Under the pieces are notes generated by a model. That model was not told where the DNA came from, did no database searches, and saw only the letters and a program-made list of their open reading frames with translations. Both the position numbers and the translations under genes were made by a program. From the IMG/VR virus record IMGVR_UViG_3300002231_004964: a stretch of 64,000 nucleotides of DNA. One strand, written 5' to 3'. The stretch's first letter is position 1. Each line of letters begins with the position of its first letter. This DNA comes from an uncultured virus (IMG/VR IMGVR_UViG_3300002231_004964). Taxonomy: Duplodnaviria; Heunggongvirae; Uroviricota; Caudoviricetes. Shown piece by piece: positions 19,757 to 29,976 of the stretch.

Positions 19757-20432
19757 TACTGTGCACCTCCGTTAGCAGCAGCAGCCGCAGCAGATGCCGC
19801 AGCAGCACTTTGTTGTTCAATCAGGGTTCGCTTGTACCAGTCAACGTTGTTTGGGTTAACAGTTACTACCAAGTTCCAACAGTTTGTTGGCAATTAGTGC
19901 GTCTGGGCCGTCGTAAAGAGTGTACTTTACGAAAGCAGCAACGGCTAGGGTTGAACCTGCGCCTCCACCGACGTTGTTGTTGGATGTTGTCGAACTGTAA
20001 CGCATATCCCAAACTTGTCCAGGGAGGACGTAAACGTCGGGGGTTAGTTCGAACGCATTCAACAGTTGAACGCCGTTGTCAGCATTGGCTAGTCCGACTG
20101 TGTCACTGCTACCACGGGGGTAAGGTGACGCAGTTCCAGGGACACCTGCTTGCTGTGTTACGTCTGGGTTCTGGGAAGTAACTGGTAGTGTTAATAACTA
20201 CTTGGACCGCTCCGCCAACGTAGGCGGAAGCAGCAAGGTCCTCAATTACAACGAACTGTGTTGCGGTTGTTTCAGCGGGCTTGGTAATGTTATTACCGTA
20301 CTGTCCAGTAAAGACCGAAATTTCTCGGTCAATGGGAACTGCGACCGCTTCAGCGTTTAGACCTCGGCGGAGCATGAAGTTCCCAGATGTAGACAGATTA
20401 GCCCATTCATATACTTGGCTTCTCATACTCAT
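19756..20432 (-). CDS. Capsid-like paralogue 1 (candidate major capsid protein); frameshifts near 20175 and 19866
   Basis: Removing one base at each site restores FQNPD...GVPGTASPYPR and VTVNPNNVDWYKRTL, colinear with paralogue 2; TATA at 20481-20489. Confidence 0.75.
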
Positions 20433-20598
20433 TTTATCATCTCTTGCACTCTTGGTGCATCTTATATTAGTTTTTTGGACTACTTAAAGATTTCGGTAGG
20501 TGAAACGGTCGTGAGTTTCCAGTTTTCGGCACCCTCCTCTAAAGAGGTAGCCTTACGGCACGATGAATAGTAACTAAACGAGTTCGCGGTGTATCCGC

Positions 20599-20925
20599 TT
20601 AAGCGCCGACTGCAGAACCGACCTTGCCGATGACTGCCTTGCCTTCTTCGAGAACTGCACCAGGTTGTGCAATAACTGTACCGAATCCAAGCGGGTCATA
20701 TCCGAGACCGATGTAAAGTACTAGTAGAATACCACCAATACTACCGAATGTCGCTAGAAGTCCGCCAATGATTGGAGAACTGTAAAGTCCAGATAGGGCA
20801 GTTCCGATAGAACCGAAGATACCACCAACACCAGGAATTAGACTTAGTGTTGCCATTGAACCGATAATCATACTGAAACCTACACCGAGTTGTAGGCCTT
20901 TTGCTATTAGATTTGTTATTTCCAT
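20599..20925 (-). CDS. Gly-rich small membrane protein (virion membrane candidate)
   Basis: 2-3 hydrophobic GxxxG segments; RBS AGGTGA. Confidence 0.7.
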   Translation of the reverse strand: MEITNLIAKGLQLGVGFSMIIGSMATLSLIPGVGGIFGSIGTALSGLYSSPIIGGLLATFGSIGGILLVLYIGLGYDPLGFGTVIAQPGAVLEEGKAVIGKVGSAVGA

Positions 20926-20945
20926 TTTTATTCACCTTTTTATTT

Positions 20946-21221
20946 TTATGCTGTTACTGTTTCTTCAATAACTCCGATGATTTCTCCACCAGGGATTACA
21001 TCTTCAAGAGTTGTCTTAGCGTCTCGAAGTAGACTCCAAGAATTAATTAGAATGAATCCACCTGCTAGTGCAGTAACAAGACCGAAAATGTGTCCTACGT
21101 TAAATCGACCGAAAATTTTCCTATTTAGGTCTAGGCCTGTAGCGTATCCCATGGCACCAAATCCAGTGATGAAAACTACACCACCCAAAATCATTGTTCT
21201 AAAGTTTGCATTTCCTAACAT
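20946..21221 (-). CDS. Two-TM small membrane protein
   Basis: RBS AGGTGA before ATG 21221. Confidence 0.7.
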   Translation of the reverse strand: MLGNANFRTMILGGVVFITGFGAMGYATGLDLNRKIFGRFNVGHIFGLVTALAGGFILINSWSLLRDAKTTLEDVIPGGEIIGVIEETVTA

Positions 21222-21231
21222 TTTATTCACC

Positions 21232-22305
21232 TTACTGACCAATTACACTACCCATACCGATAGCACCTTTCATTTCATTGCTAATAGTTGTACCATTTGC
21301 GTTCTTTGTCATGCGTCGAGGAACGGAGTTACCGCCTCGGCGAGCAGTAGTTGTTGGCGCTTGGTAAGAGTTGAACACGTTTTGAATACCTGCCTTGGTC
21401 TCAGCAGTGTAGTGCGCGTTCTTTTGAATCATAGTTGGAGTGTCCTCAGCGTAGTAGGCTTGAGGTTGGTAAGAAGTAGTCTTAGGCATAACGGATTCTA
21501 CGAAGGCATTCTTTGCATCGCTTCCACGACGTTGTAGTGAGCCAGTTGCTTGGGCGAAACTTTGGTCGTGTTCAACTGCAGTTACGCCACCTTGTCCGTA
21601 GTTAACTGGAAGAACGTCGCCTTCGCCGAAGTTTCCTTCTGCACTAGGGCCTGACGCAACTTCTGCCGCTAGAGTAATATCTTTGCGAGTCATCTCAGGG
21701 TCGATAGTAAACGGACTAGTATCTACTTGATAGTTAGATTGTCCTGCGGAAACGTGTCCGCTTCCAGTTGGAGAACGCTTAGTAACAGTCTCAGACTTAA
21801 GGTCGAAACCCGTTACCTTACCAAGAGTAGAGTTCCAAACAGTTCGAAGACCTTGATATGCTAGACCTGCACCTGCGACAATTCCACTAATCTTCCACAT
21901 ATCGGAAGAACTGGAGTTACCCCATGCGATAAAGAATGTTCCAACAATAGCCGTAAATGCTCCACCGAGGGCTTGAATACCTCCATCGGGCAACATATTA
22001 AGAATACCAACTGCAACATTGTTTACCAATCCTGCGGCTACAACTACACCTGCAATCATTCCATAGAAACTAATGTCGGTGTATGTTCGCCAGTCAGTTG
22101 CAGTTTTTGCAGCCCCGACAAAGTCAGTCGAAACACCAGTTACTTGGTCGATAACACCGTCAACGACATCTGTTGCGTCACCCATTATAGTTTCTGCAGC
22201 ACCACTAAAGTTAGTGTATTGATTATCTTGATGTCCTTCTGCGACAATGTTACTATCTTCCTTAATTTCGGAAACGGCAATTGCCTCGTTTACTGGTCCG
22301 ACCAT
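21232..22305 (-). CDS. Three-TM membrane protein with AE motifs
   Basis: GAAET, LKSET, LAAE, YYAE, YTAET; CTTTATATA near 22328. Confidence 0.75.
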   Translation of the reverse strand: MVGPVNEAIAVSEIKEDSNIVAEGHQDNQYTNFSGAAETIMGDATDVVDGVIDQVTGVSTDFVGAAKTATDWRTYTDISFYGMIAGVVVAAGLVNNVAVGILNMLPDGGIQALGGAFTAIVGTFFIAWGNSSSSDMWKISGIVAGAGLAYQGLRTVWNSTLGKVTGFDLKSETVTKRSPTGSGHVSAGQSNYQVDTSPFTIDPEMTRKDITLAAEVASGPSAEGNFGEGDVLPVNYGQGGVTAVEHDQSFAQATGSLQRRGSDAKNAFVESVMPKTTSYQPQAYYAEDTPTMIQKNAHYTAETKAGIQNVFNSYQAPTTTARRGGNSVPRRMTKNANGTTISNEMKGAIGMGSVIGQ

Positions 22306-22345
22306 ATCTTTCACTCTCTCTCTCGACTATATAAAGATTACCATA

Positions 22346-23131
22346 TCATTGCATACTCATTCCAACAGGTGGAAGCACCCTTTGACCCAACGGATTTCCG
22401 AGTTCATCGACTGTTGGCATGGTTAAAGGTTCAGGAATTACTGTGTCACCGAAGATGGATGCTGTGTTTTTCAAAACACCGACACCTGAGTAAGTTGGAG
22501 ACATAGCCAAGTCAATTGGAGGCTCGGCTAGGGAAAAGTTTCCGAAAGCCATATCCGCACTAGCGTTTAGAACGTTTCCTTCACTTTGAATAAATTCAGT
22601 TGGTTGAGTTTCACGGACTGCATTGTCCATGGAACTTCGACTAGTAAAACAATGGGATACAACTCGTTGCGAGATGAGTTTCTTCTCATCGTAAGAAATG
22701 GTGTCGCTTTGTTCAATTGCGTTAAGGAATCGATTGCGAGCGTTTGGTCCCGAGAATTTCAGTTTAACTCCAGGGTCGGTAGTAGTGTAAGGGATAAAGA
22801 GTAGAAATCGCTTTTCGACGGTTTCAGGCTTGTAAAGTGCCCAACTTGTTGTACTCGGCTCGTAAGCCAATTTATAAGCACCTACTGTAGTATCAAGTAA
22901 AGTGTCGCCACATTCAGGACCTGCATCGACTACATCGGGAACAACAGGACGCGGTTCAGTTGCGCCAACAATGCCGAGTGAAATACCTAATAGGTCTTCC
23001 GTAGTATCAATGTCTCGTGGCAAAGCACGAAGTTCATATTGACGACCTAGATTTTGGCCAACACCGTACATAGCCGACTCCATTGGATTTCGCTTTAAAG
23101 CGTTTTGAATTGCTCCATCTAGTTCCATCAT
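22346..23131 (-). CDS. Hypothetical protein
   Basis: ORF; TATA near 23154. Confidence 0.7.
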   Translation of the reverse strand: MMELDGAIQNALKRNPMESAMYGVGQNLGRQYELRALPRDIDTTEDLLGISLGIVGATEPRPVVPDVVDAGPECGDTLLDTTVGAYKLAYEPSTTSWALYKPETVEKRFLLFIPYTTTDPGVKLKFSGPNARNRFLNAIEQSDTISYDEKKLISQRVVSHCFTSRSSMDNAVRETQPTEFIQSEGNVLNASADMAFGNFSLAEPPIDLAMSPTYSGVGVLKNTASIFGDTVIPEPLTMPTVDELGNPLGQRVLPPVGMSMQ

Positions 23132-23156
23132 ACTATCACTTCCACCTTACCGTTAT

Positions 23157-24155
23157 TTAAAGATATTCATTTTTCGAACTACTTGTCGTGTCGTCCCAAC
23201 CTAAAATCGCTTCAACGATTCCATCGCGTAAATCACTGAATGTATTAATCTTGCCAGCGTAGAAAAAATCGACATAGGCGCGTGAATATTCTTCGAATAA
23301 TACTTCATTAGAACTTAAAAACGTTTCGACACTCTTTAGGTTCGGGACTTGATATTGCGGACCAATGAAACCTAAAAATCTAAATTCCGTTTCATACGGG
23401 AAAGCGTCGAATGATTCCATAGAGTACTCTCCTGCATAAGACCCCATCTCTAACTCTTCATAGACCATCATGAACACACCTAAATCGGCCTCGTTACCTG
23501 TTAAGTAATTAGACGAGGTGAAGACAATGGCAGTAGCAGGGTAATCTGACGGAGATAGGAAATCTAAATCTTGCAACGTTTGAGTTTCAAACGCGTCACG
23601 GTCTAGCCAATATCCATCACTGTACCAGGCTTTTTCGCTTTTAGGAATCTCCAATGGACGGTAATATCGAATCACTTCCGCCGAATCAGCATCCAAACTC
23701 GTCGGTTTATATTGCTTATTTACATACTTTAAAATCTTTTCGGCCAACTCATCAAAATTAGCAACGAAACTGATGAACTTAACATTGGCCTCTCCGTAAA
23801 CGGCATCGATATGATTAAACTCACCTTTTCGAGTCATTTTTCTAACTTCTTTACGGCCTCTAACCGTACCTAAATCGACATATTTGTCAAGCCGCAATCC
23901 CCATACTTCATCTAGATATTCATTTTCCGCATAGGTTACTTCTACACCCATGAGGTTTTTAAGCGTATCTCCATCACGTTCTGCAGGCTCAGGGCCAAGA
24001 TGATACGTAGTAAAAATTAAAAAGAACTTCATTCCTTCTTCGAAATTAACTTGAATATCTTCATCGGGGAATAAGTTTTTTTCATTGACCCAAACTCCAT
24101 CACGATATCCTGATTCATACTCCTTTGGAATAGGTTCTAATTGAGCCGAAGTCAT
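23157..24155 (-). CDS. Hypothetical acidic protein, possible internal duplication
   Basis: PIPKEYESGYRDGVW resembles EIPKSEKAWYSDGYW. Confidence 0.7.
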   Translation of the reverse strand: MTSAQLEPIPKEYESGYRDGVWVNEKNLFPDEDIQVNFEEGMKFFLIFTTYHLGPEPAERDGDTLKNLMGVEVTYAENEYLDEVWGLRLDKYVDLGTVRGRKEVRKMTRKGEFNHIDAVYGEANVKFISFVANFDELAEKILKYVNKQYKPTSLDADSAEVIRYYRPLEIPKSEKAWYSDGYWLDRDAFETQTLQDLDFLSPSDYPATAIVFTSSNYLTGNEADLGVFMMVYEELEMGSYAGEYSMESFDAFPYETEFRFLGFIGPQYQVPNLKSVETFLSSNEVLFEEYSRAYVDFFYAGKINTFSDLRDGIVEAILGWDDTTSSSKNEYL

Positions 24156-24370
24156 GATATCTTCTCCTCTGCACCATAAGCGTAATCATTATTAAATGAA
24201 TCTCTCCACCGACTATCGTCATCATAGTCACGGTCATCACCTTGGGAGTAGTAACCCTCGTCATCATCATAATCTAATTTAATATCATAGAATTTATTTA
24301 TCAAAATACCTTTTAATTTCGTGGCAGATTCTATTGTTCCTAAGTATTCGCCTTCGGCATAAGTTTTCAA
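24152..24370 (-). CDS. Small acidic protein with AE motifs
   Basis: TYAE, YGAE; 4-nt overlaps with neighbours. Confidence 0.55.
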   Translation of the reverse strand: MKTYAEGEYLGTIESATKLKGILINKFYDIKLDYDDDEGYYSQGDDRDYDDDSRWRDSFNNDYAYGAEEKIS

Positions 24371-24681
24371 AAGCCAGGAAAATAACTTCCGAGCGATTCA
24401 AAATCTACAATCTCAATATATCCATTACGAGACGTATCGAAATCTACATAAATACGGATTAAATCAGGACTAAAAACATCGGGATATTGGCGAGTAAGTT
24501 CTTGTAAGTTGTTATTTTGAAAAGTATATTGAACACCTTCCTCGTTCGGAGTTACATAAGTTAAATCGCCAAACCAAAGAATGAAGTTTTCTTGTGTTAT
24601 CCATTGACCCCACTCTTCCGCCCAAAAACTCTTATAATTTCTAGGCATTGCTATTGGCGTTTCATCAACCATTTCATTCAC
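24367..24681 (-). CDS. Hypothetical protein
   Basis: SFWAEE; overlaps neighbours. Confidence 0.6.
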   Translation of the reverse strand: MNEMVDETPIAMPRNYKSFWAEEWGQWITQENFILWFGDLTYVTPNEEGVQYTFQNNNLQELTRQYPDVFSPDLIRIYVDFDTSRNGYIEIVDFESLGSYFPGF

Positions 24682-25326
24682 CTCTTAGCATAAATGTAGG
24701 CCAATAAAGTGGTAACAAGGGCTGAACCTCCAAGTAATAAATATCCACGTCCTGTTGACGAAGTGTCTTCAGATAATAACGAAAAAGATTCTTCGGCTTT
24801 AAATGGTGTAAAGGCATCAATCTCTGCCTTTAAAGACACGGGCGTTGATTCGGCCAACAAATTTCGCACAGTTTCTTCGGCTATTTTGCCCTCGATAATT
24901 CTTTTTACTCCACATAGCCGCGGCTAGAGTTAAATCGTGAGCCGAAGGTGCGGCAAATCCTGCGAGAGACATTTCAGCACTTAAAGTTTTAACTGCATCA
25001 TCCATGCCACCTTGCTCAGATAGCCAGGAAACAAACTCACTTAATTTCATCGTTTGAATTCGATGTGCTTCTTCGGCCGCTAACTCTCCCTTAATGGTTT
25101 CGGCCGCTAAAGGTTCTTGAATTGGAACGTGAAGTGGAGCAACTACAGGAGCAGTAGGTGCAGGGAATTCAACTAGAGAGGCTTCGGTATCGACACTGTC
25201 GACAGGTTCGGCAGGTTCACTCGCAGTCGGAGGTAATTCTACCTCGACTTCGGCCACTTCTTCCACAGGTGCGGTTGTAAATTCCTGCTTCAAAGACGCT
25301 AAACCTTCGGAAAGTTCTAAACCCAT
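24678..25326 (-). CDS. AE-motif protein with C-terminal tail anchor (frameshift near 24905)
   Basis: Joined reading ...KRIIEGKIAEETVRNLLAES...; ends YLLLGGSALVTTLLAYIYAKR. Confidence 0.65.
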
Positions 25327-25343
25327 ACTTAGTTTTACATGGT

Positions 25344-25945
25344 TCAGTTATTTAAAGGCTTTGTCTGTAGCGAAAGAAGTTTTGTGAAATCTTTCGGCGC
25401 ACGGCAAGACCAAGTTCCATCCCGATTTTTCAATTCAGACCAAGCCGTCAAAACGTGACCTTTACGAGAAACCACATAACAAAAGACTAGAGCCTCATTA
25501 GATTCAGTATCTACGACAGTAACATCACGTAGGAAATGTGAATTAGTAGGAGTAGAAGCCGTTGATGTAGATTGGATTCTACCCAAAGTTTTTGTAAATC
25601 TTGTCGGTATAATTTCGGAATTGTAGTCGTAACTTTGGCCGAAACGGCATCTCTTTTAATACCACGTTGATACAAATCCTTTTTATGGTCTGCATTCACT
25701 TCGTGTGGATATCCCATTTGAATACGAGCAGTTGCCGTCAATTTAAGTGGTTTCTTCGGACTCGTCATTTGAATGACTTGTCTTTGAAATGTCGGCAATT
25801 CGTCTTGAATCCAATCAGGCCAATAAACGGCACGATGATAGTAATAAAATGGAACTGCATCAGTTTGAACATCGATGTAAAAATCACCAATTGTGAAACC
25901 ACTCATACTACTTGAGTAGTCAATCACCCATATAAAGGCTTTCAC
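25344..25945 (-). CDS. Hypothetical protein (two overlapping ORFs, probable frameshift near 25590)
   Basis: 25511..25945 and 25344..25586 overlap out of frame. Confidence 0.5.
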
Positions 25946-28378
25946 TCTTTCTTAACCATGTTTAGAATCTTATCATCGAGTCCAAGCATCTTACCACCGA
26001 CTAATATGGCGGCAACGCTAGCCACAAATCCTAAGCCCTTCCGAGTCATGATTTCGGCTGCTTTAGTATCAGGGTCAGGTCCTTCACGACTGCCGTCCCA
26101 TTGCAAAACACCTTGTCCAGAATCTGGAGCAGAGTTTGCAGAGCCTAATTTACCGACACCAACTTGATTAGCAGTCAAAGCATCAGGGAAATACTGGTCA
26201 CCATAAAGTGAACCGTCGTAATTCATTTCCGCCGATTGAACGAAAACATCCGACGGTGGAGCCGATGGAGAATCAACATTCACAATATCAAAGCCCGATA
26301 GAGTAGAGTCATCTAGTGGGTCATCACCAGAGGCCATTTCATTAGTAGGTTGAGAGCCAGATGGTTCCGCTCTCTTGTCTTCTTTCTCACACCCACACGC
26401 TTCGAAAGTTTCAGAATGTTTAGTACACCAATTCTCCGCCATAAGGTCTTGTCCAAAGTTTGAACCACTGCCGACAACGCCGAATTCAGCGTTCTTTTCA
26501 GCCTTACCTTTAGCAACGGCGTTACCAACAGTACGTTCCCAAGAGGAAATCCTACCGTCTTTGTCTCGGTCTGCTTTCCGAGGGTCGAAATCAGGATGGT
26601 CTTCGGCAAACTTGATATCATTCGGAGGGGCAGATGGTGAATCTACGGAGATAATTTGGTCGCCTGTTCCTGCGGAACTTGGACCTGCTGTCTTGGGATT
26701 CGCATCGGTCGGACTAGCGTCTGTAGGAGAATAACTTTCAGGAGAGGTCATTGGAGACTCAGCATTCTTTCGGCGTTGTCTTAGGAATCTTTCCATACCT
26801 GAACTCATCATGTCACGGTCATCAGGAGTCATCTCAGCACGTCGTAGTTGCATTTCGGAACGCTTCTTACGACGCATAATTGTTTTAGCGGAAACTCCTT
26901 CACGAGCCGCTTGTGCCATAACTCTTTTACCGTATTTCTTAACACCTAGCATCATAAGCCACTGCACCACCAATCTTCATAGCACGTTCTTCACTCATGC
27001 CTTCATCTTCATACTCATCAGCAACTTCATCTTGCAACTTGTCAAAAGCAGATTCTGCCATCATCATTCTATTGTTACGGTCCATAGTACCGACATTTGA
27101 ATATTTTCGGCGACCCATGTGTCGAGCCTCGCCTTCCGACATGTCTCGTCGGTCGTGCATACTCATTTTACCGTGATGACGACCACGGTTGCGCTCACCC
27201 ATACTTTCGTCGAGGCGAGCATTATATCCTTGATTGTGTTCGGCCATCATCCGATTACCCATATCCATCGTACCTACATTAGAGTACTTTCGGCGTCCCA
27301 TGTGGCGGGCTTCACCTTCAGACATGTCTCTTCGGTCGTGCATACTCATTTTACCGTGATGTCTACCACGGTTGCGCTCACCCATACTATCGTCGAGGCG
27401 AGCATCGTATCCTTGGTCATGAGCCTCTCTAACAAAGTCTCCACGGTGTCCTTGACCAGGTTTTAAATCAGCATTAGGAGTGTATCGGCGACGGTCAGCC
27501 GAGATACTTCTACCACGATTGGTTCGTCCAGTTTGACGTCCTTTACCATCGTAATGCACGTAGTCATCACCATCGATTACTCGATGTGGGTAAGAGTGTT
27601 TTGCCTCGGCCTGCTTGGAAATAGTTTCAGCCAACCATTGTCCATCAGACACAGGGGTTGGATTAATACCTTCTACAGCCTTACTTGTTTCGGCCGAGAT
27701 ATTATCGGAAGCAGTTTCGGAATGGAATGTTTCAGCGGCTAGAGTTTCAGCGTATCCTGTAGTGGTGTAATCCTTGGTTCGCTTTGAACCCTGGGAATAT
27801 TCCTTCATTTTCATCATATTTTTATTTCGACGACGTCGATTAGCCCTGCGGAGGTCTCGCTTACTAGGCTTTTTCCTAGGTGCGGAGAAGGTTTCGGCAG
27901 CCATACTTTCAACAGTAGCCATATCAGCCTCGTTAACTCCCTCAATGAAACTAACAATGGCGTCTTCCTTTTCTTCTTCGTCCTTAGCCGCAATAATTTC
28001 TGTGACTACGAAATCTTCTAAGTCCATTCCTGGAGATTCATAATATCCTTCTTGTCCAACGGCGAACTCGAATGGATAAGCCATTCCAAGAACAACATCT
28101 TCATCACCCATTTCTTCACCTTCTACAATAACCATAGTAGGTTGTTCAACGTTATCTACACGGATAGAAGTTGGACGGAAATTATGGGCGTCAGTCTTAC
28201 CAATTTCGAAATAAAGAGAAGCATGATAAGCCTCTCCATCACTTACTTTTTGCCAATTCACCTTATCAGGCGATACAATTCTAGAATCTTCATAAACTTG
28301 GTCACGTGCACTCCACGAATCGTTAGAGAACGTCCACCAATCTTGGGACCAAACATATACTGCAAAAACATCTTCCAT
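25942..28378 (-). CDS. About 810-aa polyprotein-like AE-motif protein with internal repeats, EF-hand-like motif and C-terminal TM (frameshift near 26947)
   Basis: Joined reading GAVAYDAGVKKYGKRVM; more than 15 xAE sites; KADRDKDGRISSWE; GLGFVASVAAILVGG. Confidence 0.7.
27056..27422 (-). repeat. Tandem intragenic duplication of about 183 nt (61 aa)
   Basis: H.QGY.ARLD.SMGERNRGRHHGKMSMHDRRDMSEGEARHMGRRKYSNVGTMD twice. Confidence 0.95.
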
Positions 28379-28393
28379 AATCAATCACTTACC

Positions 28394-29296
28394 TTAACGT
28401 CTATATAAAATTATCTCTCCCTTACCCATACCAGGTGCAGACGGAATTCCTCGAATCGAGTCATCACTAATCTTTAGTAAAGTGTAATCTTGAGACCACT
28501 CGACAAGGGTTTTTGTAGCACCGATACCAGTCATACTATCTGTACCGTAGTAGGAACTGTTTTCAGCAGGAGAGATTTGTTGTCCAAGTCGACCATCATA
28601 TGAGAAAGCCGATGAAACGACAGGATTATCGCCACCAAGAGGACTTGGAGGCATCGAAGGAACGTCTTGGAAAGGAACATTCACACCCGATACTTGGAAA
28701 GGAAAGTTGTGCCCTTGCTCGGCAGGTGCTTTACAACAAGGTGTACGACCTGAATAATCGACAGGAATCATTGTACCATCCATCAAGCGGGCTTGTACTG
28801 ACGGGTCATAACTTGTAGGGTCAATGTGATGCATCAGTTTAAGCGGACGCAAATCATAGTTGTTGAATTCTTGACCAGGTGCAAGTGCTTGGAAAGTTTT
28901 TTGTTCGGCGGCTTGCACGTTTAAAGTGTCACCAGGGCGGCCTGTCGCAGGAGCAACTTCCTGAGCCGTTACTTCATTAGTGTCAACTAGGTCGTCACGC
29001 TTGAATCCAAGAATACTTCCTAAGCGACTCCAAACTGATTGTTCTTGAGCAATTTCCTCTTCAACAGGTTCGGCCACAGGTTCGGGTTCATTAGCCTTAT
29101 AAGGATTTGGATTCATAGGCTGAACATCGATAACACCAGGTCCATAAGGCAACGTGTTTACCACTGGTCCGCCGTGAGTAAGGTCTAGGGCTTGATAACC
29201 CATGAAACTTTGACTCAACGAGGTCGGAATGATGTCAGCAGTTGAACCTGTCAACTCGATAAACATGGTTTGGTAGTCTGCGTCAGTTACAACCAT
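28394..29296 (-). CDS. Pro-rich hypothetical protein
   Basis: ORF; TATA at 29319-29327; QAAE. Confidence 0.7.
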   Translation of the reverse strand: MVVTDADYQTMFIELTGSTADIIPTSLSQSFMGYQALDLTHGGPVVNTLPYGPGVIDVQPMNPNPYKANEPEPVAEPVEEEIAQEQSVWSRLGSILGFKRDDLVDTNEVTAQEVAPATGRPGDTLNVQAAEQKTFQALAPGQEFNNYDLRPLKLMHHIDPTSYDPSVQARLMDGTMIPVDYSGRTPCCKAPAEQGHNFPFQVSGVNVPFQDVPSMPPSPLGGDNPVVSSAFSYDGRLGQQISPAENSSYYGTDSMTGIGATKTLVEWSQDYTLLKISDDSIRGIPSAPGMGKGEIILYRR

Positions 29297-29339
29297 ACTA
29301 GAACCTAAGTCTTTCCGCTATTTAAAGATACCGCCCTTT

Positions 29340-29945
29340 CTAGGGTGTGGCAATTAAACGGTCTTGCTTAGCCGCACCCTTGGCGGCTGACTTAGCATTA
29401 GACATTTTTACTAAGATGTAAAGAGACAAGAGGAACGTTCCTCCGTATAACACCGTATCGGTAATTTTCGCGATAGTAGTGCTTGAAGTCCAAGGTTTAC
29501 GATTAATGAATAGTGTCCCGAGACCAATGGCGACGACGGCCATTAAGACAAAGGCACGAGTATCGGTTGGAATAACGACTACGGCACTTCCGACGGCATT
29601 GGCAATTCTTTCGGCTCGCTCACGCTCGGCTTTGATGCGCTTTTCCGTGGCTAAATTATCGATGGCGTTTCGCAAAGTAGCGGCATTCGGCCATACAATA
29701 TTAGGTGTAGGAGTGTACTGGAGTTGTCCACGACTAATTTCAACGATATAAGGATTACCTCCTGCATCAACGTAATTATTATAATTACCGTCTGTCTGGG
29801 CGAGAATATCTTCTAAGACGGCTTCTTCGGTTTGTAGCCGACCCGCAGTAAGTGACGTCCGAGTAGGAGTAGCAGTAGTTGGAAGATTACCAACATTTCG
29901 ACCACGACGGCCACGACGTGGATTCGCAGGCGGACTCATTACCAT
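29340..29945 (-). CDS. Membrane protein with basic N-terminus and two C-terminal TMs
   Basis: RRGRRGR; TATA at 29968-29976. Confidence 0.7.
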   Translation of the reverse strand: MVMSPPANPRRGRRGRNVGNLPTTATPTRTSLTAGRLQTEEAVLEDILAQTDGNYNNYVDAGGNPYIVEISRGQLQYTPTPNIVWPNAATLRNAIDNLATEKRIKAERERAERIANAVGSAVVVIPTDTRAFVLMAVVAIGLGTLFINRKPWTSSTTIAKITDTVLYGGTFLLSLYILVKMSNAKSAAKGAAKQDRLIATP

Positions 29946-29976
29946 ATTATTCACTATCCCTTGCTGATATTTAAAG

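Noticed and set aside
27056..27422. Diversity-generating retroelement TR/VR pair
   Set aside because: Both copies are in frame in one gene, differences are mostly synonymous and not adenine-specific, and no reverse transcriptase is seen
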